64,000 bases of DNA from Candidatus Poribacteria bacterium (lineage in GTDB: Bacteria; Poribacteria; WGA-4E; PCPOR2b), in NCBI GenBank assembly GCA_965218095.1, contig OZ244587.1, positions 224,001-288,000 of the forward strand, given 5' to 3'. Positions within the stretch are counted from its first letter, which is position 1. Each line of letters opens with the position of its first letter. Positions 18,952 through 30,843 of the stretch are shown piece by piece. The notes under the pieces were generated by a model. The model ran no database searches. It was not told where the DNA came from and worked only from the letters and a program-made list of their open reading frames with translations. The position numbers and the translations under genes were made by a program.

Positions 18952-21900
18952 CGCACTCAACGCAAACCTGTGGCTGAAATTTCTGGTTGACGCCACGCTG
19001 AAAAGTTTCGTGATTTTCGCCCTTGCGGGTGTATTTGGGTTCATTCTCCGTCGCCAATCGGCGGCGTTGCGCGGTTTGGTTTGGGGCATGGCGATTGTCG
19101 GATGCCTTATTGTCCCGCTGTTTTCTCTCGCGCTCTCCAAGTGGCAGGTCGGTGTCCTACCGGGAACGCTAGGCGGATTTGAGGCGGAAGTGTTGGTAGA
19201 TAACAGTCAGCCACCCGCGACACTTGTTCCGATTGCGCCACACCCGGCGCCGTCAACCGCGGCGCCACCAACCCAAGCCACACCGACACCGCTTAAACCG
19301 CAACCCGCGACCGGCGGGAGTGGCATCCTCGCCTCGCTTCATTGGAGCGATTGGCTGGCAGTGGTCTGGGCAGGGGGCTGCCTTTTTCTACTCGCCCGTT
19401 TGATTGTTGGCATCGGTGCCGTCTGGCACATCTCCGCCCGTAGCAACGACTTCAGCGGTTCGATTCAGGGCTTGCGACTCAATTGGAAGCGAGGGGTCAG
19501 CGTCCGTCGAAGTGACGCTGTCACGGTGCCGATGATGTGGGGTTTCTTTCGTCCTGTGATTTTGTTGCCCGCCGATGCAAACCATTGGCAGGCGGAACGG
19601 CGACGCGCTGTTTTACTCCACGAGTTGGCGCACATCCAACGGCGAGATTGGTTGATGCAGACGATAGCACAGATAACGTGTGCGGTCTACTGGTTTAATC
19701 CACTCGTATGGTTTGCTGTGCGTCGGATGCGAACAGAGGCCGAGCAGGCGTGCGATGACCATGTGTTAAACACGGGGTATCAATCGACCGACTACGCCCA
19801 ACACCTGCTCGATATTGTGGGAAACATGAAGGCGGCTGGCTCGGCGTCGCGGGCGGCAGTAGCGATGGCGCGTCCCTCTAACATCGAAGGGCGGCTTCGA
19901 AAGGTTCTCGCCGAAAATCTGAATCGGCGTCCGGTGACGAAGGTCGCCGTGGTGATAGGACTGCTTGTCCTCACCTGTTTCGCCGTCCCGATGGGCGCGA
20001 TGCAGTTGGCGGAAGCGGTTGACCAAGAGGGGGTGTTGTATCAAGAAATTGAGACGGTTTCCGATTTCCAACCGGAGCCGTTGCCAGAAAACCCGACCGA
20101 AACAGAGAAAGCGGCACGTCAGGAACAGTACCGGCAGAAGTGGGAACGCGGTCTCCAACTCTGCGAGCAGTTTCTCAACGTCTACCCGGAGAGCGAACGA
20201 TACGATGAGATGTTATATAAAAAACTCCGCTACGTCCGTAATCTCGGACGCGATGCCGAGTTTGATGCCGGCGTTGAGAAGTTTTTCTCGGAACGTCCAT
20301 CTTCGGAATATGCCAGCGAAATTCGTAGTCTCCGCGCGTATCATCTAGAGAGCCAGTTTAGATACGACGAAGCCCTTGCGGAATGGGACAAAATTGATGA
20401 CCCGGCGTTTCTACACAGAGTGTACGACCGGAAAGGACAGATTTACGGACGGATGGGCAATTCGGCGAAATGGAGGGAATTTGACCTGCTTCGCGCCGAG
20501 CTTATCTTGGGAAAATCCGCGCCCGAATTTTCGCACACGAGCGTGCATGGCGTCCCCGTCTCGTTGGGTGCCCTGCGCGGCAAAGTGGTCGTGCTCTACC
20601 ACTGGTCAACACGAGATGGAAGAACGGTGCGAGATGACGAAACCGGAGGGGAGATATCGACACTCAAGCGGCTACACGAAACGCACGGCGAAAACCCCAA
20701 TTTCGTCCTGATCACTGTCTGTTCGCAGAGCAGTGAAGCTAAGGTGAAGCAGTTCGTCGAGACATACGCAATGCCGGGCAATCTGCTCCTCGAACTCGAG
20801 GCGGTGCCGTATCAGTTCGGCGTGATGGGTTGGCCCTACTATGTGGTCATTGATAAAGCGGGGATACTCCGCGAGAGTGCGCACGGTTTCGTGCTGAGGG
20901 ATTTGGAGGTTGAACGTTTGGTCACGGCACTGTTGGCGGAGGACACAAACGCCCCCGGCGAGCGTATCATCCCCCGGATTAGTCAACTCCGTGCCGAGGT
21001 TTACATGTTTCAAGACCAGGAGGAAAAAGCTCTCGCCGAATATGAAAAACTCCTCGCTTTTACCCCAAACAATTTCTACGTTATGATGCAGGTTCTCAGC
21101 TACAAACGAGAGCAAACGGGTAAGGTGATGGCATTGATGAATCAAGCATATGACTGGATTGTTGAAGCGAGTCAGTTGTCTCCAGACCTAGAACTCGATA
21201 TCGCAGATCATGCGCTTGAGTTGGCGGGATTCTTCTCTCAACAAGGCAACCGAGAAAAAACATGGGCGCTGTTTCAGATTGCGGTTGCGCACGAGGACGA
21301 TGATAACTATAACTCCGCTATCAATTACGCAAAACAGGAACCGGAACGTTTCGCGGCGATTCAGGATATGCCCGAATTTCAGAAACTTCTCGCCGACACA
21401 CCACAGACTGAGACGGACAAACGATTGGACGAAGCGAACCGGAAACGCGAAATGTATGCAGAAGCCCTGTATACCGCATACAAATCGTTCACGGGGGTGG
21501 AAGCGGACGGTGAGATTTTCACAGGCGTCATCCTGAGCCAAGTCGGTCATATTCTCGTACCGGCGAGCGTCGCGCGAGCCGAAGTCATTCGCACCAAAAT
21601 CGTCGATTACCAGCCCACCAAAGTTGTCGCCATTGACACGGAGAGCGGATTGGCGGTGGTGCAGGTGGACGGACAGAACTACCTTCGACCAGTTGTCCTC
21701 GGAATTGTGGACGATTTGCGGGAATACGTCCCGATTCCGCTACCCAACCCGGCGGACGGTTACACGTACCCGAGCATATCGGTGATCTCCGCACGCGGCT
21801 ATCCCAACCATCCCAATCTACCCCCGGAGATTCATCAGCAGGCTGTTGGACATCCGATCGAGCAGCACGCCAGCATCATGCAACTCGAAATTGGCGATGA

Positions 21901-22633
21901 CGGGAAGGTGACAACGCTGAAAGCGGCAACTGGGCGCCCCGGCGAAATCAGCAGAGGCGACGCACTCGTTTACTACGACGGACGACTGCTCGCACTTTCA
22001 CTTGAAAATGAGGTGCGCTACGGCGTTTGGGGCCCGAGTGCCGACCCGATACCGATCGACCAGATCCGTACCGCGCTTGAACGAATGAACATAATCGACT
22101 TGATGGAAAGTCGCATTCAGAAACCAGCGGAGAGGTTTGAACTGGTGCTCGAGGCGGAGGATTTCACGCAGCTGGATGGGGTAAAACCGAAAGTGCAACC
22201 GTTCCTGACAGTCGATGACGAAACCGCATCCGGCGGCGCGTTCATCGTTGCCAATACAGCATTGGACGACCAATACCGAGAAACTGAAACGTGGCTAACG
22301 TATGAGGTTGAGATTCCGGCGGATGGTGACTACGCGCTCTGGCTCTATGGGCGGGCGCACACCGGCAAGAGCGATTCCTTCTTCGTCGGTACAGACCTTG
22401 AAACGCGACGCGCGTGCGACGTGGGCAGCTACGACGAGTGGGGCGCGGTGCCGGCAATTGACCGGACTTCAGTACAGGCAATACCGGCGTTTAGCTTCAC
22501 ACAAGGGGTGCACGAAATTCGGATCTTCGTCCGGGAGACGGGCACGGAGTTGGATGCCATCGTGATTACGAACGACCTGAGTTTAGGCGCAGAGGAGATT
22601 AACCGAAGATTTGTGTTACAAAACGATCTATGA
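18935..22633 (+). CDS. BlaR1-like M56 metallopeptidase sensor with TPR, redoxin-like, trypsin-like and beta-sandwich domains
   Basis: PMMWGFFRPVILLP, HELAH (19619-19633), YWFNPLVW, EQACDDHV; downstream domains recognised by motif. Confidence 0.9.
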   Translation: MIQLIDALNANLWLKFLVDATLKSFVIFALAGVFGFILRRQSAALRGLVWGMAIVGCLIVPLFSLALSKWQVGVLPGTLGGFEAEVLVDNSQPPATLVPIAPHPAPSTAAPPTQATPTPLKPQPATGGSGILASLHWSDWLAVVWAGGCLFLLARLIVGIGAVWHISARSNDFSGSIQGLRLNWKRGVSVRRSDAVTVPMMWGFFRPVILLPADANHWQAERRRAVLLHELAHIQRRDWLMQTIAQITCAVYWFNPLVWFAVRRMRTEAEQACDDHVLNTGYQSTDYAQHLLDIVGNMKAAGSASRAAVAMARPSNIEGRLRKVLAENLNRRPVTKVAVVIGLLVLTCFAVPMGAMQLAEAVDQEGVLYQEIETVSDFQPEPLPENPTETEKAARQEQYRQKWERGLQLCEQFLNVYPESERYDEMLYKKLRYVRNLGRDAEFDAGVEKFFSERPSSEYASEIRSLRAYHLESQFRYDEALAEWDKIDDPAFLHRVYDRKGQIYGRMGNSAKWREFDLLRAELILGKSAPEFSHTSVHGVPVSLGALRGKVVVLYHWSTRDGRTVRDDETGGEISTLKRLHETHGENPNFVLITVCSQSSEAKVKQFVETYAMPGNLLLELEAVPYQFGVMGWPYYVVIDKAGILRESAHGFVLRDLEVERLVTALLAEDTNAPGERIIPRISQLRAEVYMFQDQEEKALAEYEKLLAFTPNNFYVMMQVLSYKREQTGKVMALMNQAYDWIVEASQLSPDLELDIADHALELAGFFSQQGNREKTWALFQIAVAHEDDDNYNSAINYAKQEPERFAAIQDMPEFQKLLADTPQTETDKRLDEANRKREMYAEALYTAYKSFTGVEADGEIFTGVILSQVGHILVPASVARAEVIRTKIVDYQPTKVVAIDTESGLAVVQVDGQNYLRPVVLGIVDDLREYVPIPLPNPADGYTYPSISVISARGYPNHPNLPPEIHQQAVGHPIEQHASIMQLEIGDDGKVTTLKAATGRPGEISRGDALVYYDGRLLALSLENEVRYGVWGPSADPIPIDQIRTALERMNIIDLMESRIQKPAERFELVLEAEDFTQLDGVKPKVQPFLTVDDETASGGAFIVANTALDDQYRETETWLTYEVEIPADGDYALWLYGRAHTGKSDSFFVGTDLETRRACDVGSYDEWGAVPAIDRTSVQAIPAFSFTQGVHEIRIFVRETGTELDAIVITNDLSLGAEEINRRFVLQNDL

Positions 22634-23157
22634 AATAACACCCTCTCTCAACTTGGTAACCGAATCACACAGACACAGTCAGGTCCTACTCCCAAGGATG
22701 ATTGAGATCGTGGCATCATCAACAACCGCCCGCATGAGCGGGTATGACGCCGTCTTCGCCAAAGATCGGATGTGCTCTATCTGTTCAGGACAGCAGGAGC
22801 AAGGCTTCTTCGCTTCTGATTTATTGGGGCTTCTCCTTTTAAGATTCAGCCAAAGCGTTTGGCGATTTGAAACGTTTGTCTTGAGGCGGCAAAAGTTCAA
22901 CCCCAAGCCGACGACTCACTTTCGGCTGAGCTCAAACGGATAGGGTTGCGGAATAAGGTTGCGAGCTAGTCTAATGTCTCACTATCATAAATTCGCCACA
23001 CCCCATCCACTTTTCGCATCCTAACCAGTTCGTCGTGTGCCCGAACATCCCTAATCTCCATCCCCGGTATCTCCGGCATCTCCGGCGATAGTCCTCCCAA
23101 TTCAAAGTGGAATTCATCACCAACATATTCGCTGTTCAAAGGGAATCTTTCTATTGC

Positions 23158-25371
23158 TCATGCCCAATCCTCACACAACACCTCGGCTTGTTCTAAGACA
23201 GTTTCGGTGGCTTTGGCTTGTTTGTCGGGTGGGTAGCCGTATTTGCGAAGAATGCGCTTCACCATCACCCGCAGCTTAGCGCGAACGCTTTCTTTCATCG
23301 TCCAGTCGATGGTTACGTTACACCGAACAGTTTCAACAAGTTCAACCGCGATGGTTCGCAGGGTTTCATCTCCCAACACTTTCACTGCACTATCGTTGGT
23401 CTCAAGCGCGTCATAGAATGCCAATTCATCGCCTGAAAGCCCTAAATCATCGCCGCGGTTTTGCGCCTGACGCATCTCTTTCGCAATTTCGATCAGTTCC
23501 TCGATTACCTGCGCCGCTTCAACCGTACGGTTCTGATAAGCGCGGATTGAGCCTTCCAACATCTCTGCAAATGAACGCCCTTGCACGACATTCTTCCGTG
23601 AGTGGGTTCTGATCTCATCGTTGAGGAGTTTTTCCAAAAGTTCAACCGCCACGTTTTTATGCGGCAAGTCACGCACTTCGACGAGAAATTCGTCGGAGAG
23701 AATCGAGACATCGGGCTTTTCCAGCCCCGCAGCGGCGAAAATGTCAACCACGCCTTCAGAAACCACCGCTCTGGATATCAACTGCTTTATTGCCTGCTCT
23801 GTCGCTTCAGACTGGGCTTCTTCCGTAGCAGTCGGTTTTGCCAAGACGCTTCTCACCGCTTGAAAAAAGGCGACATCGTCACGAATTTCAATCGTTTTCT
23901 CGTGCGGCACTGCCAGCGCAAACGCTTTGGAGAGCGCGGTAACCGTTTCCAGTAGACGGACTTTGCCATCCTTCTGTCTCAAGATGTGCTCTTGAGCTGG
24001 TGGTAGCAGTTTGAGGCGATCTGTGGCGTTGCCAGCGATCCACGACGACCAATCGAAACTGTAAAACAGTCCACAGCAGATCTCGTGCTTTTCTTGCATC
24101 ACCGCAACGGCTTCTGCTTTGTTAATGGCGGTACTCCCTTTTCCACCGTTTTCGGTGTAGTTTGCCAGTGCCCGTTTCAGGTGGTAAGCGAGCCCGATGT
24201 AGTCCACAACCAAACCGCCCGGCTTGTCGGCGAACACCCGATTGACGCGGGCAATGGCTTGCATCAGTCCATGTCCACGCATCGGCTTGTCCACATACAT
24301 GGTGTGAAGGCTTGGCGCGTCAAACTCTGTTAGCCACATATCACGGACAATTACCACTTTCAACGGGTCTTTGGGGTTTTTGAATCGTACCGCCATCTCT
24401 TCTCGCCGAGCCTTGTTGCGGATATGCGGTTGCCACGACGCATCATCATCAGACGAGCCTGTCATCACAACTTTGATCGTTCCCTGTTTGTCATCGCCGT
24501 TATGCCACTCTGGACAACGTGCGACAAGCGCGTTGTAAAGGTCAACGCAGATACGCCGGCTCATGCAGACAATCATCGCCTTGCCATCCATTGTTTCTAG
24601 CCGTTCTTCAAAGTGTGTGATAATATCATCGGCGATGAGCCCTAACCGCTTTTCCGTTCCCACCAACACCTCTAGTTCTAATTCAGTTGATGGTGCTTCG
24701 TCCTCTCCCTTGATTGTCCTCCACGGCATGAACCATTCGTGATCAGCGGTCAGGGAGCCGATGCGCGCCTCTAATCCGTCAGAAATGACGAGCGTCTCGT
24801 TATAGATGAACAGCGAAGGAATTTCCTGCTTGTAGGTACAGATTTGGCGAAATGCGGTTAGGATGGTGGCTTTTTCGTCGGTCGGGTTTTTGAGTTCAAT
24901 CACGGATAAGGGCAGCCTGTTGATAAACAACACGATGTCCGGGCGGCGTTCGCTGTTCTCTACCACTGTGAACTGGTTGACCGTCAACCAATCATTGCTT
25001 TCAGGCGTATCAAAATCAACCAACTGCACGCGCTTACCGCGTATCGTACCGTCCGGCTGTCGAGCCTCAACCTCTATCCCATCGACCAGCATCAGGTGAA
25101 ATGCGCGGTTGTTCTGGGTCAATGCAGGAGAATCTGGGTGAAGCACTTTTCGGATTGCTTCCTCTTGTGCTTCGGCGGGTATGTTTGGATTCAGGCGGGC
25201 AACTGCATCCCGAAGACGACGCTCTAAAATTACTTTGCTGTAGGTGGGGCGTTCCGCATCGGGGGTATCCGGGGCGATGTCGGGACCATGTAAAACGGTA
25301 TAGCCCAGTTCAGCGAGCCAGTCGAGCGCGGCTTCTTCGATATCGGATTCAGTGATTGTGGTCATAGTCAC
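23158..25371 (-). pseudogene. hsdR: Type I restriction subunit R with an in-frame deletion of most of the helicase core
   Basis: [19 protein letters not shown] nuclease motif and late motifs ([20 protein letters not shown]) present; Walker A and DEAH region missing; junction LEVL|VGTEKR. Confidence 0.88.
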
Positions 25372-26039
25372 TCAGTCTCCGGTCTCTTAGCCAGCGGATT
25401 TTCTTTGTCAAAAGCCCATTGACCCGGATTGTCGAGGATATATTGCTGAAGGTGCCTCAAAGACTCGTCATGTCGCACGATATGCTCATGGTAGTTTCGC
25501 TGCCACAATCGTCCGTAGAACGGTGTCTATTTCATCGTCTTCACACTCCGTACATATTCTACTGTGGTCAAAGATTTGTACGCGCCGATTACGTCACCCA
25601 AAGCGAATTGATTCGCGGTCAGGGCATCCACCCCACTAGCCATGGTTTCTGTAGGGGCAACCCTCGTGGTTGCCCTGTGGTCTGGGCATCTGTTGGTATT
25701 TTGGGCAGGCACAAGGCCTGCCCCTACATTGGTTGATTTCGTAAGGGCAACCCTTGTGGTTGCCCTATTCGGCTTGATTACGATGATTCCGTGCAAATGA
25801 TTTGGCATAACCACGAACATATCAATCTCCGTTACCGGGAACCGTTGGGGCAGCGCCTCCCAGGTTCTACACACCATCTCCCCTGCCTCATTCAATCGCA
25901 TTTCCTTGCCAATAACCTCACCGAATAGGCACGATCTGCCCTGAGTGGCGATGGTTACAAAATAAGCACCCATGTGCGTATAATCGTATCCCTTTAGACG
26001 CAGCGACCGGCGGCGATGGATTTCCGGATTGTATGCCAT
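25372..26039 (-). pseudogene. REP-associated tyrosine transposase (RAYT) with an internal TAG
   Basis: RRSLRLKGYDY, YFVTI, VVMPNHLHGI (HUH), YKS; after TAG at 25527-25529 the frame continues LWQRNYHEHIVR...YILDNP. Confidence 0.92.
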
Positions 26040-26173
26040 TGCCATTATCCTTTACGGTTGGTTCAACCCCTGTGGTCTGTGGCCTGGACGTTTGTCCGTG
26101 TATTGGGCAGGCACAAGGCCTGCCCCTACATTGGTCGATTTCTGTAGGGGCAATCCTTGTGGTTGCTCTATTC
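25651..26173. repeat. Cluster of GTAG-GGGC REP elements within and upstream of the RAYT
   Basis: gtaggggcaaccctcgtggttgccc and gggcaggcacaaggcctgcccctac units; ~70-bp doublet repeated at 25702-25770 and 26104-26173. Confidence 0.88.
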
Positions 26174-26174
26174 T

Positions 26175-26290
26175 ATTCTTGCTTTGATGTGCATTTCGAG
26201 ATCGGAGATATGAATTCCCCCAGACAATAGCTTCAGCAGCAGAACGTCTCCGATTTGGGAGAGTGCAAGATTGTTCAAACGGTTTTAACC
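26175..26290 (-). pseudogene. hsdS: 3' remnant of type I specificity subunit
   Basis: EQSCTL..QIGDVLLLKLLSGEF matches the HsdS terminal motif (RDxLLPKLxSGE). Confidence 0.6.
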
Positions 26291-26305
26291 AATCAGTAAC
26301 TGAGG

Positions 26306-27637
26306 TTACACCCCCTCAAAGAAATTCTGATAGATATCAGAAAGATTCTGGTGAGTTATCGGATTAAATGAGGCTGCATACATCTCCCGTAACTGATTGT
26401 CAGCTAATCGAATCCAAATTTCCCATGAGTTCTCCATTTGCTCACGTGTGACATTTAAGCTGGTCCATAGTTCTATAAGTGCTTCCAGATTACGACGCAA
26501 TAAAAGAGTAGCACGCTGGGTTATATCGTAGTCCTCGGACAGAAAAGTCAATGGAACTGTAAAGTAATATTTGGAACTTGTATTTAAGGTGTCTTGTTGA
26601 CCTGAAGCGATTACCGTCGCTAATTCATAGATGTTCAGTGCCATATAATATGCCACCAGTGAGGTTCGGTATTCCAGTGCATCCCCAAAAATGGGAGTCA
26701 ACCACTCCCATTTTCTTTCATAAGCTTCGATCAAATACTTCCAGCCTTCTAAACTATTTCCACCACGCGTGCCACTAATTGACTGGGAGTACCCCACAAG
26801 TTCACCAATTTCCCATACAGGAAAGTGCCTGGTTCCGTATGCAAGAGGAATTTTAACTCGCGCAAGACTAAGGGCGAGGTCTAGCTGGTTTGTGATTAGG
26901 CTGAGCCCCCCGTGCAGACTGTGGTAGACGTATCCTAGGGCATAAGGAATATGTATCCAAACTTCGTACCCAGCACGGTTCCATCTCGCGATATTGAGCA
27001 GGTCATCAAGGGTGGACTTCTGATCCCTAAATTGTTCGCTACCGGATTCAACCCCCACTAAAGCAACAGAAATTAAGGGTGAAATAATCTCAACCGCTCT
27101 GTCCACAACTTGAGACCGTTTTTTGCTTTCTGGTGGTTTTCCATCCAACTCATTTTGCCGCCATTGTACCAAAGAGTTGAATACACTTGGTTTAATTCGT
27201 TTGATAAGTTGTCGCCAGCCAAACTCATCCCCTGTACGAACAATCTCAACAGCTGCTGAGTAAGCGTCGGACGCAGATCTAACTTGCTCCGGGATCTCAG
27301 GCAGTTGAGCATCGGTTCCTTCAGAAGGTGGTGCTTTTTGTTTGTCAAATGTTGGTTTCTCCCCCAAAGATGGCTTCTGGACAACTGGCACGTCGTAGAG
27401 TTTATGAAGCAACTCATCAAACTGCTCATTAAATTGGCTATCATCTGTAAAGTCAATGTAAACTCGTCCACCTAAAAATGTTGGCATTTTCTCCTGCCCT
27501 GATGCCTGACGAATTATGGGAATAAATTTGTCAATCCCCAAATTTTCAACAAGCTGTGCAGTTACAATCTGCACCTCGTATCCAACACCACCTTCGCAAT
27601 TGTTAGCCTTTCTCACGTAATTGTCCGTGCAAATGAC
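26306..27637 (-). pseudogene. TIR/SEFIR-domain protein, 5'-truncated by IS5
   Basis: ICTDNYVRKAN..EGGVGYE...KFIPIIR...PTFLGGRVYIDF; the frame runs into the IS end. Confidence 0.8.
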
Positions 27638-27639
27638 TA

Positions 27640-28423
27640 GGTTCTGTTGACATTTCATCGTAACCAGATAATCGCAGCAACGAAACTCAGAAACCCCAAA
27701 TAGCGACCCGCCAACTTATCAAAACGACTGAAGATACGCCTATAGTGCTTGATTTTGTTGATGAAGCATTCCACCCGATGTCTCTCTCGGTACAGATGCG
27801 TATCATAGTCTCGTGGCTCATGGCGGTTGATACGGGGACGAATCACTGGCTCTGCACCCATACGGGTTATCAACTGCACCAATGAATCCGCGTCATACGC
27901 TGAGTCGGCTATCACATACTCACTGCTATACCCTTCTGCACAAGTCATGGCGTGGCGTTGTCTAGCCGTCAGCGCAAAACGTAATGGATTGCTTAAGCCA
28001 TCAACCGTGATGTGAATTTTGGTTGAAAATCCACCCGCACTACGTCCGAGTGCCTGTGAGGCTTGACCGCCACTTGTTTTCAAAGCCCCTGCAGCACAGG
28101 GGTGAGCGTGGATGATGGTACTGTCACCATATCTGGGTCGTTGACAAAGTGTTGATGCAGCCGTTGGAAGATGCCTTTATCGCACCAGCAAGCGAATCGT
28201 TTATAGACGCTGTTCCAACTGCCGTACTCTTTTGGTAGGAGTCGCCATTGACTACCACTACGAGTTATCCAAAGCACTGCTTGGACAAAACGTTTTAAGT
28301 TCGCTTGCTGTCCGGTGTAGACATCGGAACAGGTTTGCAGGAATGCTGCTATTTTTGACCATTGATTATCGGATAAGGTAAGTGTTGACATATCGTTATT
28401 ATGCCATAAATGTCAACACGTCC
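27640..28423 (-). mobile_element. IS5-family element, diverged copy
   Basis: TIRs GGTTCTGTTGACATTT / AAATGTCAACACGTCC in CTAG context; orfA 28080-28391 and orfB 27655-28083 with small deletions. Confidence 0.92.
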
Positions 28424-28425
28424 TA

Positions 28426-28695
28426 GAGCATCCAATTTATGAGGGCGTTGATTCGAGCAAGGTGCAACTCTTCTTCGCTTTCTATTTCACCATGACCGGT
28501 ATGCACGCCTTGCACATGATTATCGGGCTCGGTGTTTTGGTCGTGCTTGTTATTCAGGCTTGGGGTGGCAAATTCTCGCCGGAGTACAACGCGCCTGTGG
28601 ATATGACCGGCCTCTACTGGCACTTCGTGGATATCGTCTGGATCTTCCTGTTTCCACTACTCTATTTAATCGGTCGTCATATGGGGCAACACTGA
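28426..28695 (+). pseudogene. ctaE: Cytochrome c oxidase subunit III, C-terminal part only
   Basis: [19 protein letters not shown]...[19 protein letters not shown]; 5' part replaced by the IS. Confidence 0.88.
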
Positions 28696-29036
28696 TGTCA
28701 CAACATATCACTTCAAGAAAAGTCTACCTCCTCATTTTCATTTCGCTAATCGTCCTGACTTTTATGACTGTCAAAGTCGCTTTCATCGATCTGGGGTGGT
28801 TAAATACTTTTATAGCGATCACGATTGCTGTTTGCAAGGCGCTTTTGGTCATCCTCTATTTCATGCACATGCGGTACAGCAGTCGCCTCATTTGGCTCTT
28901 TGTTGCGGTGGGGGTTTTCTGGCTGCTGTTGTTAATCGGGCTAACTATGAGTGATTTCATCAGCCGGGATTGGCTGGAGGCCCGAAATCCGACAGAACAA
29001 ATCTCTGAAATTACTTCTTTTCAAGAGCGCCTCTGA
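28695..29036 (+). CDS. ctaF: Cytochrome c oxidase subunit IV (caa3-type)
   Basis: IAVCKALLVILYFMHM motif; TGATG overlap with subunit III. Confidence 0.85.
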   Translation: MSQHITSRKVYLLIFISLIVLTFMTVKVAFIDLGWLNTFIAITIAVCKALLVILYFMHMRYSSRLIWLFVAVGVFWLLLLIGLTMSDFISRDWLEARNPTEQISEITSFQERL

Positions 29037-29115
29037 CAAAGGAGCCGACGGGTGGATGGGTAAATTAAGGACTGCCTCGATTTTTGACGCGGTGCCTTCG
29101 ATGACTTGCACGGCT

Positions 29116-29829
29116 TTAAGTGAAGAATTCCTCGTTGTGGGGACGAAGATCTAACTCAAATGTCTAGGCACTTTTCTCCTGCTGCACCAAACACCAGTAG
29201 GTTTCTGCGGTGGCATCGGGGTCAAGCAGCGGTTCATCTAGATCTAGTTGGTATCGAGTGCGCACATCAGGTGTGTCAATGACGCCATCGATAATAATGT
29301 GAGCGATATGAATCCCTTTGGGACCGACTTCACGTGCAAGTGCCCACGCCAAACCGCGCACTGCAAACTTGGCGCTGCTAAAGGCAATCGCCCCAGCCCT
29401 ACCGCGGATCGCCGAAGTCGCGCCCGTAAAAAGAATCGTACCGCCGCCATTGAGCATGTCGGGCACAACTGCCCTGGAACAGAGAAACGCGCCGAATGCG
29501 CACACCCGCCAGGACCGTTCAAAGTCTTCAGGCGTCAGGTCAGAAAAGTCCCCCCAGGCCGCATTTCCCGCGTGATTCACTAAAATATCGACCGATCCCA
29601 ACTTCTCACGCACTTGCGCGAAACTGTTAACAACCGCCTCAGGGTCAGTAATATCGGTGGGTAGGGCAAGCGTGGTTGCACCTGTCCCCTGTACCTCAGT
29701 GGCCAGGGTTTGAATGTAGTCGGGAGAGCGTGCAAGCAGCCCTACCTAGCATCCCTCATGTGCAAATTTCCTTACCAGCGAGGCGCCTAATCCTGCGCCA
29801 ACGCCTGCAATAACAGCAGTCTTTTTCAT
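29116..29829 (-). pseudogene. Short-chain dehydrogenase/reductase with two in-frame TAG codons
   Basis: AGVGAGLG, LVNHAG, FTGAT, FSSAKFA, HIIIDG; TAGs at 29746-29748 and 29164-29166 (SA*TFELDLRP). Confidence 0.9.
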
Positions 29830-30843
29830 GTTAAATCTCCCGAATCATCACTCTTTCTGCCTCAAACAGAAGTTGAAATTCTTTCTGCTAATCCCGTCCA
29901 ATCAAAGTGTAATCTATCTCTTTGCCGACGTTGTACATACTTCCTCTTTTACTTGCCCAATAACCTGAAAACCAATATTATCACTTTGATCATTTCCTGT
30001 CAATTTTCTTTTGAAAATTGTATTAATCAGAGGTATGTTGCAGTAGAAAAGCTATACTCAAAATTGCCCTCTTCAGCGGTTCATGGGGATCAAATCGTTC
30101 AAAACACCGTTTTTTGAACTGCAACATTTCGTTGCCTAATACAGATGTGGAAATACTCCAAGGGCGTAGATCAGGTAACCAATGGAGGTACGGGCGCAGG
30201 CGCAGCCTTCTGCATGCTTATCCTTCTTGGTGTAATTGGTATGGCAATCCTCCAAAGCAGCCCAGAGTAGAGTTTACGAATCATTGCGGCTTGACGTCCT
30301 CGCCAATCATCTCGCCAATGTTGATTTCACTAGCTGCAAAAAGAGCCGGCTCCAAGCGACCTCTTCCTTCTATACTTTCACATCTGCCAGAAATTTCCAA
30401 AGCGTTTGACAGATGAGCCAACAAATCGACAATTGATTATCAATTATCGATTATTGAGCCTCACCTCCGTCCATTTGCTTATCTGCTTGATTACAAATTT
30501 CTAACACCTCCTATTCGTATTACGTTCCTCCTGATTCCATGCTAAACTATACGTGTTGATGGGCGGAGTGTGGTCAAATCGACCCACGGATGCGGTTGAT
30601 TGAATACAGGGCAATCTGTGGGGCGGGATACACGTCCACTAACAGCAAGTGGTCTTTGGTGTCAGTCGCTGCTTGTCATTTAACTCACAGCGCCAACTCA
30701 GAACCCCAATTTCACCCTCGCCAGTTGATTGGCACCCAAATTGCCCTTACGGACAGTCAGCCAATTCCGTAATTGCAGAAACTTACAATCTGTACCGCAA
30801 GATACCATTTTGCGCTGCAATGAATGTTAAGGAGGCGACAGCC

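Noticed and set aside
22680-22970. Possible transposase remnant with IS-like end (GGGTTGCGGAATAAGG)
   Set aside because: Too degraded to assign a family; no partner terminus found
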